DNA of 64,000 nt, taken from contig CP064970.1 in the NCBI GenBank assembly GCA_016699305.1, positions 1,034,066 to 1,098,065 of the forward strand, read 5' to 3'. Position numbers and translations under genes: made by a program. This DNA is from Alphaproteobacteria bacterium. Its GTDB lineage: Bacteria; Pseudomonadota; Alphaproteobacteria; GCA-016699305. Position 1 is the stretch's first letter; every line of letters begins with the position of its first letter. The notes under the pieces are model-generated. The model did no database searches. It was not told where the DNA came from and worked only from the letters and a program-made list of their open reading frames with translations. Positions 8,146 to 17,688 of this stretch are shown here, piece after piece.

Positions 8146-9135
8146 ATGCGATTTGAAAAAGCCGAAGACTTGCTGAACCTTGCCTTTGCCATGCAATCGA
8201 GCGCCGATGGCGTTTCGCTGGCCGACATTGAGCAGATGTTCGAGGTTTCGCGCCGGACAGCCATGCGCATGTGGGACGCCGTGGTGCGGGTTTATCCGCA
8301 GACGGAGGAGAAGACCGATGCCTGCCGTATCAAGCGCTGGCGCATTCCTTCTGCGACAAATGGGCGACATTTGGCCCTGACGCCCGACGAACTGGCGACC
8401 CTCGACATGGCCGCCAAGGCCTTTAACGGGCGCGGGCTGCGCCTTCAGGCCAAAGCACTGCGCTCCCTGTGCGGCAAGATCAAAAGTTTTCAGAAGTGCG
8501 AAGCATCACGCCGGATTGAGCCAGACCTTGAGGCTTTGATTGAGGCCGAAGGCCTAGCTGCACGTCCAGGCCCGCGGCCCAAGATCAAGGTCGAGCATCT
8601 TCATGCCCTACGCGAAGCGATCAAGGCCTGCCAGATCGTCGAGATTCTCTATCGTGGCAAGGGAAAGAAAGAGGCTGAGGTCAAACGGGTTGCACCTTAT
8701 GGGTTCCTCTACGGCCACCGGCATTATCTCGTCGGCGGCGGCACGGAGAAGGGGCGCGAAACCTCTCGCTACCACTTCATCCTTTCGCAGATCGAAGATG
8801 TCACCATCACAAAGCAGGGCTTCCGCCGCGATCCTGCCTTCAACATTCAAAGCTATGCCGAGGAATCCTTTGGCATCTGGAAGGAAAAGCCTGTCGAAGT
8901 CGTTTGGAAATTCACGCCGCGCGCCGCTGAGGCCGCCCGTGATTTCGTGTTCCATCCAAGCCAAAAAATCAGCGAAGGCAAAGACGGCTCCATGACCGTT
9001 CGCTTCAAGGCAGGCGGCATGCTGGAAATGGCTTGGCATCTCTATATGTGGGGCGATCAGGTCGAAGTCGTCAAACCCGCCGCGCTGCGCAAAATGGTAA
9101 ACAGTCACGCGCGGAAGTGGGAAGGCTTGCCCTAG
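8146..9135 (+). CDS. HTH-WYL-WCX transcriptional regulator (BrxR/CapW/YafY-like)
   Basis: The start ATG is at 8146, with a GGAAG ribosome-binding site. The N-terminus is a wHTH (SLADIEQMFEVSRRTAMRMWDAV). The central region resembles a WYL domain (RYHFILSQIEDVTI). The C-terminal extension is about 100 aa. The 5' part of the track ORF is antisense junk. Confidence 0.7.
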   Translation: MRFEKAEDLLNLAFAMQSSADGVSLADIEQMFEVSRRTAMRMWDAVVRVYPQTEEKTDACRIKRWRIPSATNGRHLALTPDELATLDMAAKAFNGRGLRLQAKALRSLCGKIKSFQKCEASRRIEPDLEALIEAEGLAARPGPRPKIKVEHLHALREAIKACQIVEILYRGKGKKEAEVKRVAPYGFLYGHRHYLVGGGTEKGRETSRYHFILSQIEDVTITKQGFRRDPAFNIQSYAEESFGIWKEKPVEVVWKFTPRAAEAARDFVFHPSQKISEGKDGSMTVRFKAGGMLEMAWHLYMWGDQVEVVKPAALRKMVNSHARKWEGLP

Positions 9136-9156
9136 GTGATCGTAAACGAGGTTTAA

Positions 9157-10062
9157 ATGTGTAACGCCTATAATCATCCATCATACTGTACCTGTGGTTG
9201 GGGTGGATGGACTTCTTTTGCCCGCCCATCAGATAAGGCCGGCAACGCCGCTGTAAATTTTTGGCGGTCTGCGTGGTCTTCGGGCCGGTTGGCAAGATAC
9301 GAAACTTACACATGCCCCAATTACACTTGCTGGATATGCGGTGCCAAGGTGTTCTTCTATCACTCTCCTTTCGGCGGGCGCGTTTTCTTTGACGAACTTG
9401 GGCCGCCTTGGCCTCGCCATGCTTGTTTCGCAAAAACCGATTCCGCTTTTATCAAAGCCCCAGAGCCATCTGGCTATATTCTTCCAAGCGCAGCCCCTGC
9501 CTTTTGTCCCGCCGCCTGGAGTCGAGACGGATGGGATCCAATCGAAATTATCTCGTCCGCTCTTAGTGACAAGAAAGAGGATCAAGATTTTTATATGCTA
9601 GAAGTGCGCCGCGTCGCTGCGGCAGAGGGAACCTTGTGTCTAGGCGCGCACCTCAAGAAAAACATTGCGCGCGATACGCCTGTTTTTCTTAGAGAAACAG
9701 ATATGATTGGCGTTTATGAAATCGATTATCTTGACGCCGAAAACCTAAACGGTTCCGGCGAGCGTCTCAAAGCCTATCAAAACGCGAATAGCGCGGCGGC
9801 TTATGAATATTGGCAGTTGGCAACCCTGGATAATGATCCCAAAGCGCAGAACTATGTCGCTATGCTTTTGCTTTTTTACACGCCTTTCAGATTTCTTAAA
9901 GGCGTTTCCGTTGATGACGCTCCGTCTATCATGGAGGCCAGATATTGGCTTGAAAAGGCAGCTAGCGGAAACGCCATTGAGGCTGTTTGTAATTTGAAAA
10001 GGCTCAATGAAAGACAAATGGAAGGGAAACCGTTCTTCCGCTCGGAATATCAGTTGGATTGA
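9157..10062 (+). CDS. Hypothetical protein: N-terminal Cys-rich (putative Zn-ribbon) region plus C-terminal Sel1/TPR-like repeats
   Basis: Cysteine clusters are C-x9-C-x-C and CPNYTCWICGAK...RHAC. The C-terminal repeats have the AAYEYWQLA...YWLEKAASGNAIEA pattern. The gene starts 22 bp after the WYL regulator stop, so it is probably co-transcribed. Confidence 0.5.
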   Translation: MCNAYNHPSYCTCGWGGWTSFARPSDKAGNAAVNFWRSAWSSGRLARYETYTCPNYTCWICGAKVFFYHSPFGGRVFFDELGPPWPRHACFAKTDSAFIKAPEPSGYILPSAAPAFCPAAWSRDGWDPIEIISSALSDKKEDQDFYMLEVRRVAAAEGTLCLGAHLKKNIARDTPVFLRETDMIGVYEIDYLDAENLNGSGERLKAYQNANSAAAYEYWQLATLDNDPKAQNYVAMLLLFYTPFRFLKGVSVDDAPSIMEARYWLEKAASGNAIEAVCNLKRLNERQMEGKPFFRSEYQLD

Positions 10063-10341
10063 GCCTGCTATGGGAGGGGCGAACAACCGCTCTTGGGCCC
10101 ACGTCATTAAGGGGTAAGGTTGATAAAAGGTTTCTCTATCGTTTTCATCCAACCGCGCCCGATCTTTTGGTCGCAATATACGGTAAACAACATCTTTATT
10201 AAGGTTCAATTCTTGCCCCTGAATTAACGCAAAGGTAAGGAAGTATGCGGCAATATCCCCTTGGGTAAGTGCGTCCTTTTGGTGAAACGGGCGGCGCTTG
10301 CCGCGTGGGGAAAACGTTTCGTTTCAAGCGATTGGGCGGGG

Positions 10342-13300
10342 ATGACCGAGGGCACCAAAACACAGCTGAACAAACCATGGTTGCTTGCGACTACGGCGCT
10401 GTGCAGCCTCGTGGTGTTTGCGGCGCAGGCGGCAACCCCCGCACCCAGAACGCTGCCGCAAGGCGGATCAGTCGTCGCCGGAAACGCAGGCATCAGCACG
10501 TCCGGCGCAAACATGACCGTGAACCAGAGCAGCAGCTCGGCGGTTATCAACTGGAACAAGTTCGACGTTGGGTCACAGGCGAAGGTGCAGTTTAATCAGC
10601 CTGACGCGTCCTCGCGCACGCTGAACCGTGTTTTGTCGAGCGACCCGTCACAGATTTACGGGCAAGTGACGGCGAACGGTCAGCTTTATTTTGTGAACCC
10701 CAACGGCGTGATCGTCGGGCAGGGGGCAAGGATCGAGGCGGGCTCCATCACCGCGACCACGATGGACATCGGCAACGATGCCTTCATGGCGGGAGCGAAT
10801 AGCTTCAGCCGAGGCTCGGCCACAGGCGAGATCGTCAACCAAGGAACGCTTGCCGCCGCGCCTAAAGGTTATGTCGCGCTGATCGGCGCAAAGGTTACAA
10901 ACAAAGGCACCATCACCGCCCCGCAAGGCCAAGTGGCTATGGCGGCAGGGGACAAGGTCACCTTGCCCGTCACAGGCAGCGGCCTGATCGGCATCGAAGT
11001 TGATGCGGCCTCTGTTCAAACGGCTATCACGAATGAAGGCACGATCACCGCGCCTGATGGCAGTGTCTATATCAAAGCCGAAACCGCCAGCAGCCTTGGT
11101 GCGCAGATTGTCAACAAGGGCACGATCACGGCCAAGAATGTGGCCATGCAATCGGCCAGTGGCAGCGTGACAACCTCGGCGGCCAGCGTAATCGCTGCTG
11201 ATAATGTAACCGCGCGCGCTAAAGTCTTGGATATTGATGGCTCTGTTCGGACCTTTGGCGATACGGCGCAAATTGGGCTTTATGCTGGGTATCTGAGCCT
11301 GCGCGGAAGTCTAGAGGCTCAAAACGCAAACGGAACCGGCGGCGCGATTGAAGCCGTCGGCACGCAAGAAACCAACCTGTTTGGTGCAAAGCTGACCGCC
11401 AGCGGCATGAATGGCGGCGGGACGATCAAGATCGGCGGAGATGCGCAGGGCAGCGGCACGTTGCAACGTTCGGCGCAGACGACGGTTGATAAAGCGACAA
11501 CACTCAAAGCCAGCGCATTGGCGACAGGCGATGGCGGGACGGTGATTGTCTGGTCGGACGGTAAGACCAGCTTCGCCGGTTCGATCGAAGCCACGTCCGC
11601 AACTGGTAAAGGCGGCAACGCCGAAGTGTCCGGTAAGGTGAAGCTCAGCTATCAAGGCTATGCCGACCTGCGGGGCGCGAGCGGGACGGCGGGCACATTG
11701 CTGCTCGATCCAACAGACTTTACGGTCGCGGCCTCAGGCGGTGACATGACCGGCGCGGCGTTGTCGGCGCAGCTCGAAGGCGCGAACGTGACGTTGCTTT
11801 CCAGTAATGGCAGCAGCGGTACAGCAGGAAATATCAATATCAACGACACGGTATCGTGGAGCTCTGCGTTCGGCCTTACGCTTAGCGCGGCTGCGGACAT
11901 CAATATCAATGCCGCGATTACGACAAGCACAGGCTTGTTGACGCTGACAACGGGCAGCGCAAGCTATAGTACTTATGTAAATGCAAACGTCACAGCGAAC
12001 AGAATCGTATCGACCTATGACACGATTCTGGTTAAGGCTGAAACAGCAACAGTCGAATTAACGGGCAGTAGTCCAGCTTTGACGATCGCGGGAACCAGCT
12101 ATACGTTGATCAACAATCTCTCTAGCTGCAACTCAATGACATTGTCAGGAGCTTATGCTCTCAACGCCAATATCGGAACAGCAACGGTTCCGATTGGATC
12201 CAGCGCAACGCCTTTTACCGGAAAGATCAATGGCCTTGGCCACACGGTTACAGTCAACATAACGGCCAGCGGCGATAATACAGGTTTGTTTGGATATGCT
12301 TCGCTTGCCTCGATCAAGAATATAGGTGTGAGCGGCAGCGTGTCGGCGACAACGACAAGTTACACGGGTGCTCTTGTCGGGTATAGTGTGAATAGTACGA
12401 TTTTGAACAGCTGGTCGACGGCAACCGTTCACGGGCAGAATTACGTTGGCGGGCTTGTCGGCCAGAACACGGCCAATACCAGTAAAACCGCGTCAATCAT
12501 CATGAGCTATGCCAAGGGCGCGGTGACGTCAGAAACGGGCAGCTATTATGTTGGCGGGTTGGTCGGCGAAAATCTGGGAACAGCCAGCGGCAGCAGTGCT
12601 GTTGTAACATCAAGCTACGCCATCGGAGCCGTCACGGGCACAAACTATGTAGGCGGCTTGATCGGTTATAATTACAGCAATACCAGTGGTACGGCACCAA
12701 TTACATCCAGCTATGCGACAGGGAATGTTACTGCTGACTATTATGCCGGTGGTCTTATCGGCTATAACTATGGGCAGTCCAGCGGTAACGCTTCGATCAA
12801 TTCCAGCTATGCGACAGGGGCGGTCGGCAGTGCCGCAGCGCAATATGCCGGCGGTCTTATCGGGTGGAATAATACAAACAACGGTACGGCTTCGATCGAG
12901 CTTAGCTATGCGACGGGCGCGGTGCAGGGGGCGTATTATCTTGGCGGTCTTGTCGGGTATAATTATGGGAATAGCAGCGGTACGGCTTCGATCGCGAATA
13001 GCTATGCAACGGGTTCCGTCACAGGCGATGCTGGCGGACAGGCAACAGGCGGTCTTGTCGGCTGGAATAAAATCAACAGCGGTACTGCGCCGATAACGGC
13101 CAGTTATGCCGTCGGCGCGGTTAGTGGCGGGACCTATGTAGGCGGATTGACGGGCTTGAATAGTGGCACGGTGACCAGCAGCTATTGGGACACGCAAACA
13201 ACAGGACAGGCGACAAGCACAAGCGGTACAGGCATGACAACGGCCCAGCTTAAGTCAGCTTTGCCGTCGGGATTTAGTGCGGCCGTTTGGCGTATATCCG

Positions 13301-15798
13301 CCGGAACATCCTATCCTGACTTGTTGTGGAAAGGGATTCCGCAACAAGTGATTTCCGGTACGATCGGCAGCGTGCTTGCAGGGCAAACGATCCAGCTTGT
13401 CCTGAATGGTGCGGTTCTGGGGTCGGCACTAACAAACGCAAGCGGCGCGTTTACAATTAGCGTCAGTTCGGGCGCGGTTGGAGCCGGATCGTCCGTATTG
13501 CTCTATGCCGATAACAGCAGCTTTACTGGAACATATGTGGGTGTCGGGACAGGCGGCGATATGACGGGGCTGGCGCTTGGTTCAGGCGGGGTGAAGGTGA
13601 CGGGCGCTGCGGCGACGGCGCTGGACGTGACGGCTTTGATGAAAAGCGCGGTTGGCGGTTTGACGGATAGTGATATTCTTTATACGACGGCAAGCTCCAG
13701 TGTCACGGTTGGTGGCAACTTGGCGGTGACGGCATTTGGCGTGGTCAGCCAGACAGATGCCTTGATTGTATCGGGAACGACCAGCGTTTCCGCGACGGGC
13801 TCTGCTCTGGCTTTCACGAACGCGGCGAACAGTCTGACCGGAACGGTAAGCGTTGCGGCAGCACAGTCTATTTCGATCACGAACAATCGCGCGACCTCTT
13901 TGGGCGCAATAACGGCCAGCGGCGATATCCTTGTTCGCGCGAACGGATCGATTGCGATCGAGAGTGGATCGGTTCTGACGTCGAGTGCTGGCGGAATTGA
14001 TCTTGTGGCTTCCGGCGATCATTTCATAAATAACGGAACAGGTGCGGCGTTGTCCGCAGCGACAAGCTGGCATATCTATACGGCAAGCCCGACGGGCAAT
14101 ACGCTTGATGGTTTGAGTTATAATTACAGTCAATATGGCGCTTCTTATGGCGACACGTTGCTTGGAACCGGAAACGGTCTGATTTATGCGTCCAGTTTGG
14201 CCACAACGCAGGTTAGTGTAACGGGGGCAATAAGCAAGGTTTATGACGCGGCGGACACTGCGACAGTCGGGCTTGCAGACGTTGCTCTGACGACGACGGG
14301 GTTGAGCGGGGCGACTTATACTTACTCGGTTGGCGCGGCCTCGTATGACAGCAAAAATGTAGGAACGGGCAAAACGGTTACAGCGGCGGTTACGCTGACG
14401 GGAATTACAGAGGCGACCGGACAGGCCGTGTACGGATTTACATCCAGCCTGTCAGGTAGTGGCGCGGTTGGTGAGATCACAGCCAAAACCCTGACTGTGA
14501 CTGGCACAACGGTTTCTGGCAAGGTATATAACGGCGACACGGTGGCGACGGTGAATGTCGGCAGTGCGGCGCTGGCTGGGGTTGTCGGCGTGGATGCGGT
14601 GAGCCTCGGGACGGGCAGTGCGGTTGGGGCGTTTGCGGATAAGAATGTTGGAACGGGCAAGAGCGTCACAGCTAGCGGGTTCACCATCACGGGCACGGAT
14701 GCGGGGAACTATACGCTGGCCCAGCCGACGGGGCTGAGCGCGGACGTCACAGCGAAGACAATCACCGTAACGGGCGTGATGGCTGCTACAAAAACCTATG
14801 ACACGACCGCGGCGGCGAGCCTGAATGTGGGAAGCGCGACCTTATCCGGCGTCTATGGGAGCGATGTTGTGGGGCTGGATGCGTCTGGTGCGAGTGGGGT
14901 GTTTGCGGATAAAAATGTAGGCACAGGAAAAGGCGTTACAGTTACGGCTTTGGCTTTGAATGGGGCGGATGCCGGCAATTATGTGTTGACGCAGCCCACC
15001 GGCGTTCAAGGCACGATTAACAAAGCAAACCTAACGGTCACGGGCGTAACGGCAGGCGACAAAGTCTATGACGGATCCTTGGCAACCAGCGTGGATGCGA
15101 CGGGGGCCGTCTTGTCAGGTGTTTTGGGCACGGACGCGGTTTCCTTGATTACGATCGGCGCAAGCGCGGCGTTTGCCGATAAGAATGCGGGAACGAACAA
15201 GAGCGTCAATGTCTATGGCCTGGCGTTAACGGGCGTAGATGCCGCGAATTACGATGTCGCGACCATCGGCGTTGTTGCAGATATTTCGCGTAAGGACCTA
15301 ACCTATCAAGTGGCGAATGCCACGACGAATAAGGGTCAGATTCAGCTGGGGGCCGTCACCTTTTCCGGGTTGGTTGGGGGAGACTCGGTTGGTGCTGTTA
15401 GTGAACTGGTCGATGCAGGTGGAAATGTTGTTTCGGTCAGCGCGTCTATACCGGCTGGGACCTATACGCAACGCGTGGCTTCGCTGACGGGGGGGCATGC
15501 TGCAAATTACCATTTGCAACAGACCGGAAGCACGTTTGGAACGCTTGTTGTTGGTCATGCCGTACATTCGGTCTCAGACGAAAAGCTCAACATGATGAAT
15601 CTTTTGGGCATGTGGTATGATAAAGAACGTAAAACACAAGAGAAACCGTATGACCTGCAAGGCTTGCAGGTGCAGGAGTTCTTGTTGGAAAAAGGGCGGC
15701 AGATAGAGCTGATCCGTATCCCAAACGGGCCTAAAGGAAAGAAAATTAGAATCCAAAAGCTCGCGCAAAACACTTCCAGCCGAGCGTCTGCTCAATAA
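10342..15798 (+). CDS. Filamentous haemagglutinin-like two-partner-secretion exoprotein (TpsA) with GLUG-like and YDG/MBG-like repeats
   Basis: The TPS domain motifs are present: NQSSSSAVINWNKFDVG, and NPNGV in QLYFVNPNGVIVGQG. A long pectate-lyase-like Gly/Thr-rich shaft follows. There are about 12 (Y)YVGGL(I/V)GxN repeats and five ~90-aa repeats of the TAKT(L/I)TVTG...KVYDG...GNY type. The track start is a TTG at 10261. The ATG at 10342 precedes an extended signal peptide. Confidence 0.85.
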   Translation: MTEGTKTQLNKPWLLATTALCSLVVFAAQAATPAPRTLPQGGSVVAGNAGISTSGANMTVNQSSSSAVINWNKFDVGSQAKVQFNQPDASSRTLNRVLSSDPSQIYGQVTANGQLYFVNPNGVIVGQGARIEAGSITATTMDIGNDAFMAGANSFSRGSATGEIVNQGTLAAAPKGYVALIGAKVTNKGTITAPQGQVAMAAGDKVTLPVTGSGLIGIEVDAASVQTAITNEGTITAPDGSVYIKAETASSLGAQIVNKGTITAKNVAMQSASGSVTTSAASVIAADNVTARAKVLDIDGSVRTFGDTAQIGLYAGYLSLRGSLEAQNANGTGGAIEAVGTQETNLFGAKLTASGMNGGGTIKIGGDAQGSGTLQRSAQTTVDKATTLKASALATGDGGTVIVWSDGKTSFAGSIEATSATGKGGNAEVSGKVKLSYQGYADLRGASGTAGTLLLDPTDFTVAASGGDMTGAALSAQLEGANVTLLSSNGSSGTAGNININDTVSWSSAFGLTLSAAADININAAITTSTGLLTLTTGSASYSTYVNANVTANRIVSTYDTILVKAETATVELTGSSPALTIAGTSYTLINNLSSCNSMTLSGAYALNANIGTATVPIGSSATPFTGKINGLGHTVTVNITASGDNTGLFGYASLASIKNIGVSGSVSATTTSYTGALVGYSVNSTILNSWSTATVHGQNYVGGLVGQNTANTSKTASIIMSYAKGAVTSETGSYYVGGLVGENLGTASGSSAVVTSSYAIGAVTGTNYVGGLIGYNYSNTSGTAPITSSYATGNVTADYYAGGLIGYNYGQSSGNASINSSYATGAVGSAAAQYAGGLIGWNNTNNGTASIELSYATGAVQGAYYLGGLVGYNYGNSSGTASIANSYATGSVTGDAGGQATGGLVGWNKINSGTAPITASYAVGAVSGGTYVGGLTGLNSGTVTSSYWDTQTTGQATSTSGTGMTTAQLKSALPSGFSAAVWRISAGTSYPDLLWKGIPQQVISGTIGSVLAGQTIQLVLNGAVLGSALTNASGAFTISVSSGAVGAGSSVLLYADNSSFTGTYVGVGTGGDMTGLALGSGGVKVTGAAATALDVTALMKSAVGGLTDSDILYTTASSSVTVGGNLAVTAFGVVSQTDALIVSGTTSVSATGSALAFTNAANSLTGTVSVAAAQSISITNNRATSLGAITASGDILVRANGSIAIESGSVLTSSAGGIDLVASGDHFINNGTGAALSAATSWHIYTASPTGNTLDGLSYNYSQYGASYGDTLLGTGNGLIYASSLATTQVSVTGAISKVYDAADTATVGLADVALTTTGLSGATYTYSVGAASYDSKNVGTGKTVTAAVTLTGITEATGQAVYGFTSSLSGSGAVGEITAKTLTVTGTTVSGKVYNGDTVATVNVGSAALAGVVGVDAVSLGTGSAVGAFADKNVGTGKSVTASGFTITGTDAGNYTLAQPTGLSADVTAKTITVTGVMAATKTYDTTAAASLNVGSATLSGVYGSDVVGLDASGASGVFADKNVGTGKGVTVTALALNGADAGNYVLTQPTGVQGTINKANLTVTGVTAGDKVYDGSLATSVDATGAVLSGVLGTDAVSLITIGASAAFADKNAGTNKSVNVYGLALTGVDAANYDVATIGVVADISRKDLTYQVANATTNKGQIQLGAVTFSGLVGGDSVGAVSELVDAGGNVVSVSASIPAGTYTQRVASLTGGHAANYHLQQTGSTFGTLVVGHAVHSVSDEKLNMMNLLGMWYDKERKTQEKPYDLQGLQVQEFLLEKGRQIELIRIPNGPKGKKIRIQKLAQNTSSRASAQ

Positions 15799-15821
15799 TA
15801 AAAGTACCGATTTTTATACTT

Positions 15822-16885
15822 CGCAGATTCAACTAGCCAGCGCATAAAAGTGGGAGCGTAAAGCTGATAACCTCTTGGCAAGCAAGAGGTTAAGCATGGC
15901 AAACTATCGAAGGCTGACGGCGGAAGACCGATGTCAGATATACGCCCTGAACAAGCAGGGCAGCACGCAGCAACAGATTGCCGACCATCTGGGCGTCAGC
16001 CAGAGCGCGGTCAGCCGAGAACTCGAGCGGAACAGCGGAGGCCGAGGCTATCGGTTCAAGCAAGCGCAAGAAAAAGCTTCGGCGCGGCAGGCGGTGCGGT
16101 CCAGGCCGCGCAAGCTGACGAAGGGCTTGCGGCGGCGGATCGAGACCAAGCTGCGTACGGCCCGTTGGTCGCCGGAACAGGTCAGCGGCTGGCTCGCCGA
16201 ACAAGGCGTATCGCTCAGCCATGAACGCATCTATCAGATGATCTGGCAGGACAAGCGCGAGGGCGGCGAGCTCTGGAAGACCCTGAGGCGGCGCGGCAAG
16301 CGGTATAACAAACGCGCGGGAAAGACGGCAGGAAGAGGTCTGATTCCCAATAGAATCGACATATCAGAGCGTCCCACCGTGGTGGAGCACAAGAGCCGCG
16401 TGGGCGATTGGGAAGGCGATACGGTCGTGAGCGCGGGCCACAAAGGCGGCCTTCTGACACTTGTCGAGCGCAAAACGAAGCTGACAAAAATCGCCAAACT
16501 GCCACGCGCCACAGCAGTGGCCACACGCAAGGCAACCGTGCGCAAGCTCGCCGCCATCAGCGAGCGCGTCCACACGATCACTTTCGACAACGGCAAAGAG
16601 TTTGCCGATCACCAGAACATGGCTTCTGCCTTGGGCGCGGACATCTTCTTTGCCAAGCCCTATCACGCTTGGGAACGCGGTCTGAATGAGAACACCAACG
16701 GCCTGATCCGCGACTTCTTCCCAAAGGGTACGGACTTCTCTACAATCACCTCCGCCGAGGTTGCCAAGGTCGAACGTCTCCTTAACGATCGCCCGCGCAA
16801 GTCTCTCGGTTTCAAGTCACCAAAAGAGGTTTTTCTAGCCGCCGCGGCCCCGTAGAATTTTATGCGCTGGCTAGTTGAATCTGCG
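15822..16885 (+). mobile_element. IS30-family insertion sequence, intact
   Basis: Perfect 28-bp terminal inverted repeats, cgcagattcaactagccagcgcataaaa, lie at 15822-15849 and, as the reverse complement, at 16858-16885. They flank a single transposase ORF. Confidence 0.85.
15896..16855 (+). CDS. IS30-family transposase (HTH + DDE)
   Basis: The start ATG is at 15896, with an AAGAGG ribosome-binding site. The N-terminal HTH is QQQIADHLGVSQSAVSRELERN. The catalytic core resembles the DDE family (WEGDTV...FDNGKEF...NENTNGLIR). Confidence 0.85.
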   Translation: MANYRRLTAEDRCQIYALNKQGSTQQQIADHLGVSQSAVSRELERNSGGRGYRFKQAQEKASARQAVRSRPRKLTKGLRRRIETKLRTARWSPEQVSGWLAEQGVSLSHERIYQMIWQDKREGGELWKTLRRRGKRYNKRAGKTAGRGLIPNRIDISERPTVVEHKSRVGDWEGDTVVSAGHKGGLLTLVERKTKLTKIAKLPRATAVATRKATVRKLAAISERVHTITFDNGKEFADHQNMASALGADIFFAKPYHAWERGLNENTNGLIRDFFPKGTDFSTITSAEVAKVERLLNDRPRKSLGFKSPKEVFLAAAAP

Positions 16886-16957
16886 CTTTGTTAAGTGTGC
16901 GCGCTCCAGATTTACGCGAAAAATTCAGCCCTTCACAAAGACCCAAGGAGAAAGCCC

Positions 16958-17626
16958 ATGGTGCGTTTCGCCGGAATTTTGAAAAAGGTTATGCCGCTTG
17001 CTTTGATCGGCGCGATGGCCTTGGCTTCGGCGGCGCAGGCCAGCGAAGTGGACGGTTTCCGCTCGGCGCGTTTTGGGCAAAAGGAAAAAGAAGTGATCGC
17101 TGCGGCGGCCAAGGATCTGGGCGTGAAGGCCGATGCGATCAAGACAACGAAGGACGATTCTCTGAAAGTCACAGTTCTCTCCGCCAAGCTGCCGCGCTTC
17201 GCACCGGTTGAAACAGCCGCGACGGTTAATTATGTGATGGGCTATCAATGCAACTGTCTGATGCAGGTCAGCGTGTCGTGGGATCTTCCCGAAGGCAAGG
17301 ATGTCGAATCCCGCAAAACCGCGATGCGCGGCGTTGGCGCGTTGGTTGGCAAGTTCCAAGCGCAGAAGTGGGGCAAGGATGAAACGGTTGTGAACCGTCT
17401 GCCCGGCGAAGCGAAGGAAGGCGAAGAAAGCACGATCATCTTCTTTCGTGGCCAGAACAAGGACGGCGGCGCGATCACGCTCGCGGGCGCTCCGGTCAAG
17501 ATGGAAAAGGGCAAGGCAGGCGAAGGCTTGGTTGCCAATATCGACAACATCAAGGGCGTTTCGTTGATCTATGAAAAGGACGTCGCGAAGCCCGACATTT
17601 ACCGCGTGGATGTCAGCGGCTTCTAA
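16958..17626 (+). CDS. Secreted hypothetical protein
   Basis: An AAGGAG ribosome-binding site precedes the start. The signal peptide is MVRFAGILKKVMPLALIGAMALASAAQA. There are no recognisable motifs. Confidence 0.5.
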   Translation: MVRFAGILKKVMPLALIGAMALASAAQASEVDGFRSARFGQKEKEVIAAAAKDLGVKADAIKTTKDDSLKVTVLSAKLPRFAPVETAATVNYVMGYQCNCLMQVSVSWDLPEGKDVESRKTAMRGVGALVGKFQAQKWGKDETVVNRLPGEAKEGEESTIIFFRGQNKDGGAITLAGAPVKMEKGKAGEGLVANIDNIKGVSLIYEKDVAKPDIYRVDVSGF

Positions 17627-17688
17627 TCTGTTGACGTAAAAACCATCGTGAACGATCGCTGTGAAAAGCCGTATCGACCTAGGTTGCG

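Noticed and set aside
10648-14696. Multiple minus-strand ORFs (e.g. 10648..11271, 12610..13197, 13582..14133, 14322..14696) inside the TpsA gene
   Set aside because: They are antisense artefacts of a long, GC-rich, repeat-containing gene. The plus frame carries the conserved TPS domain.
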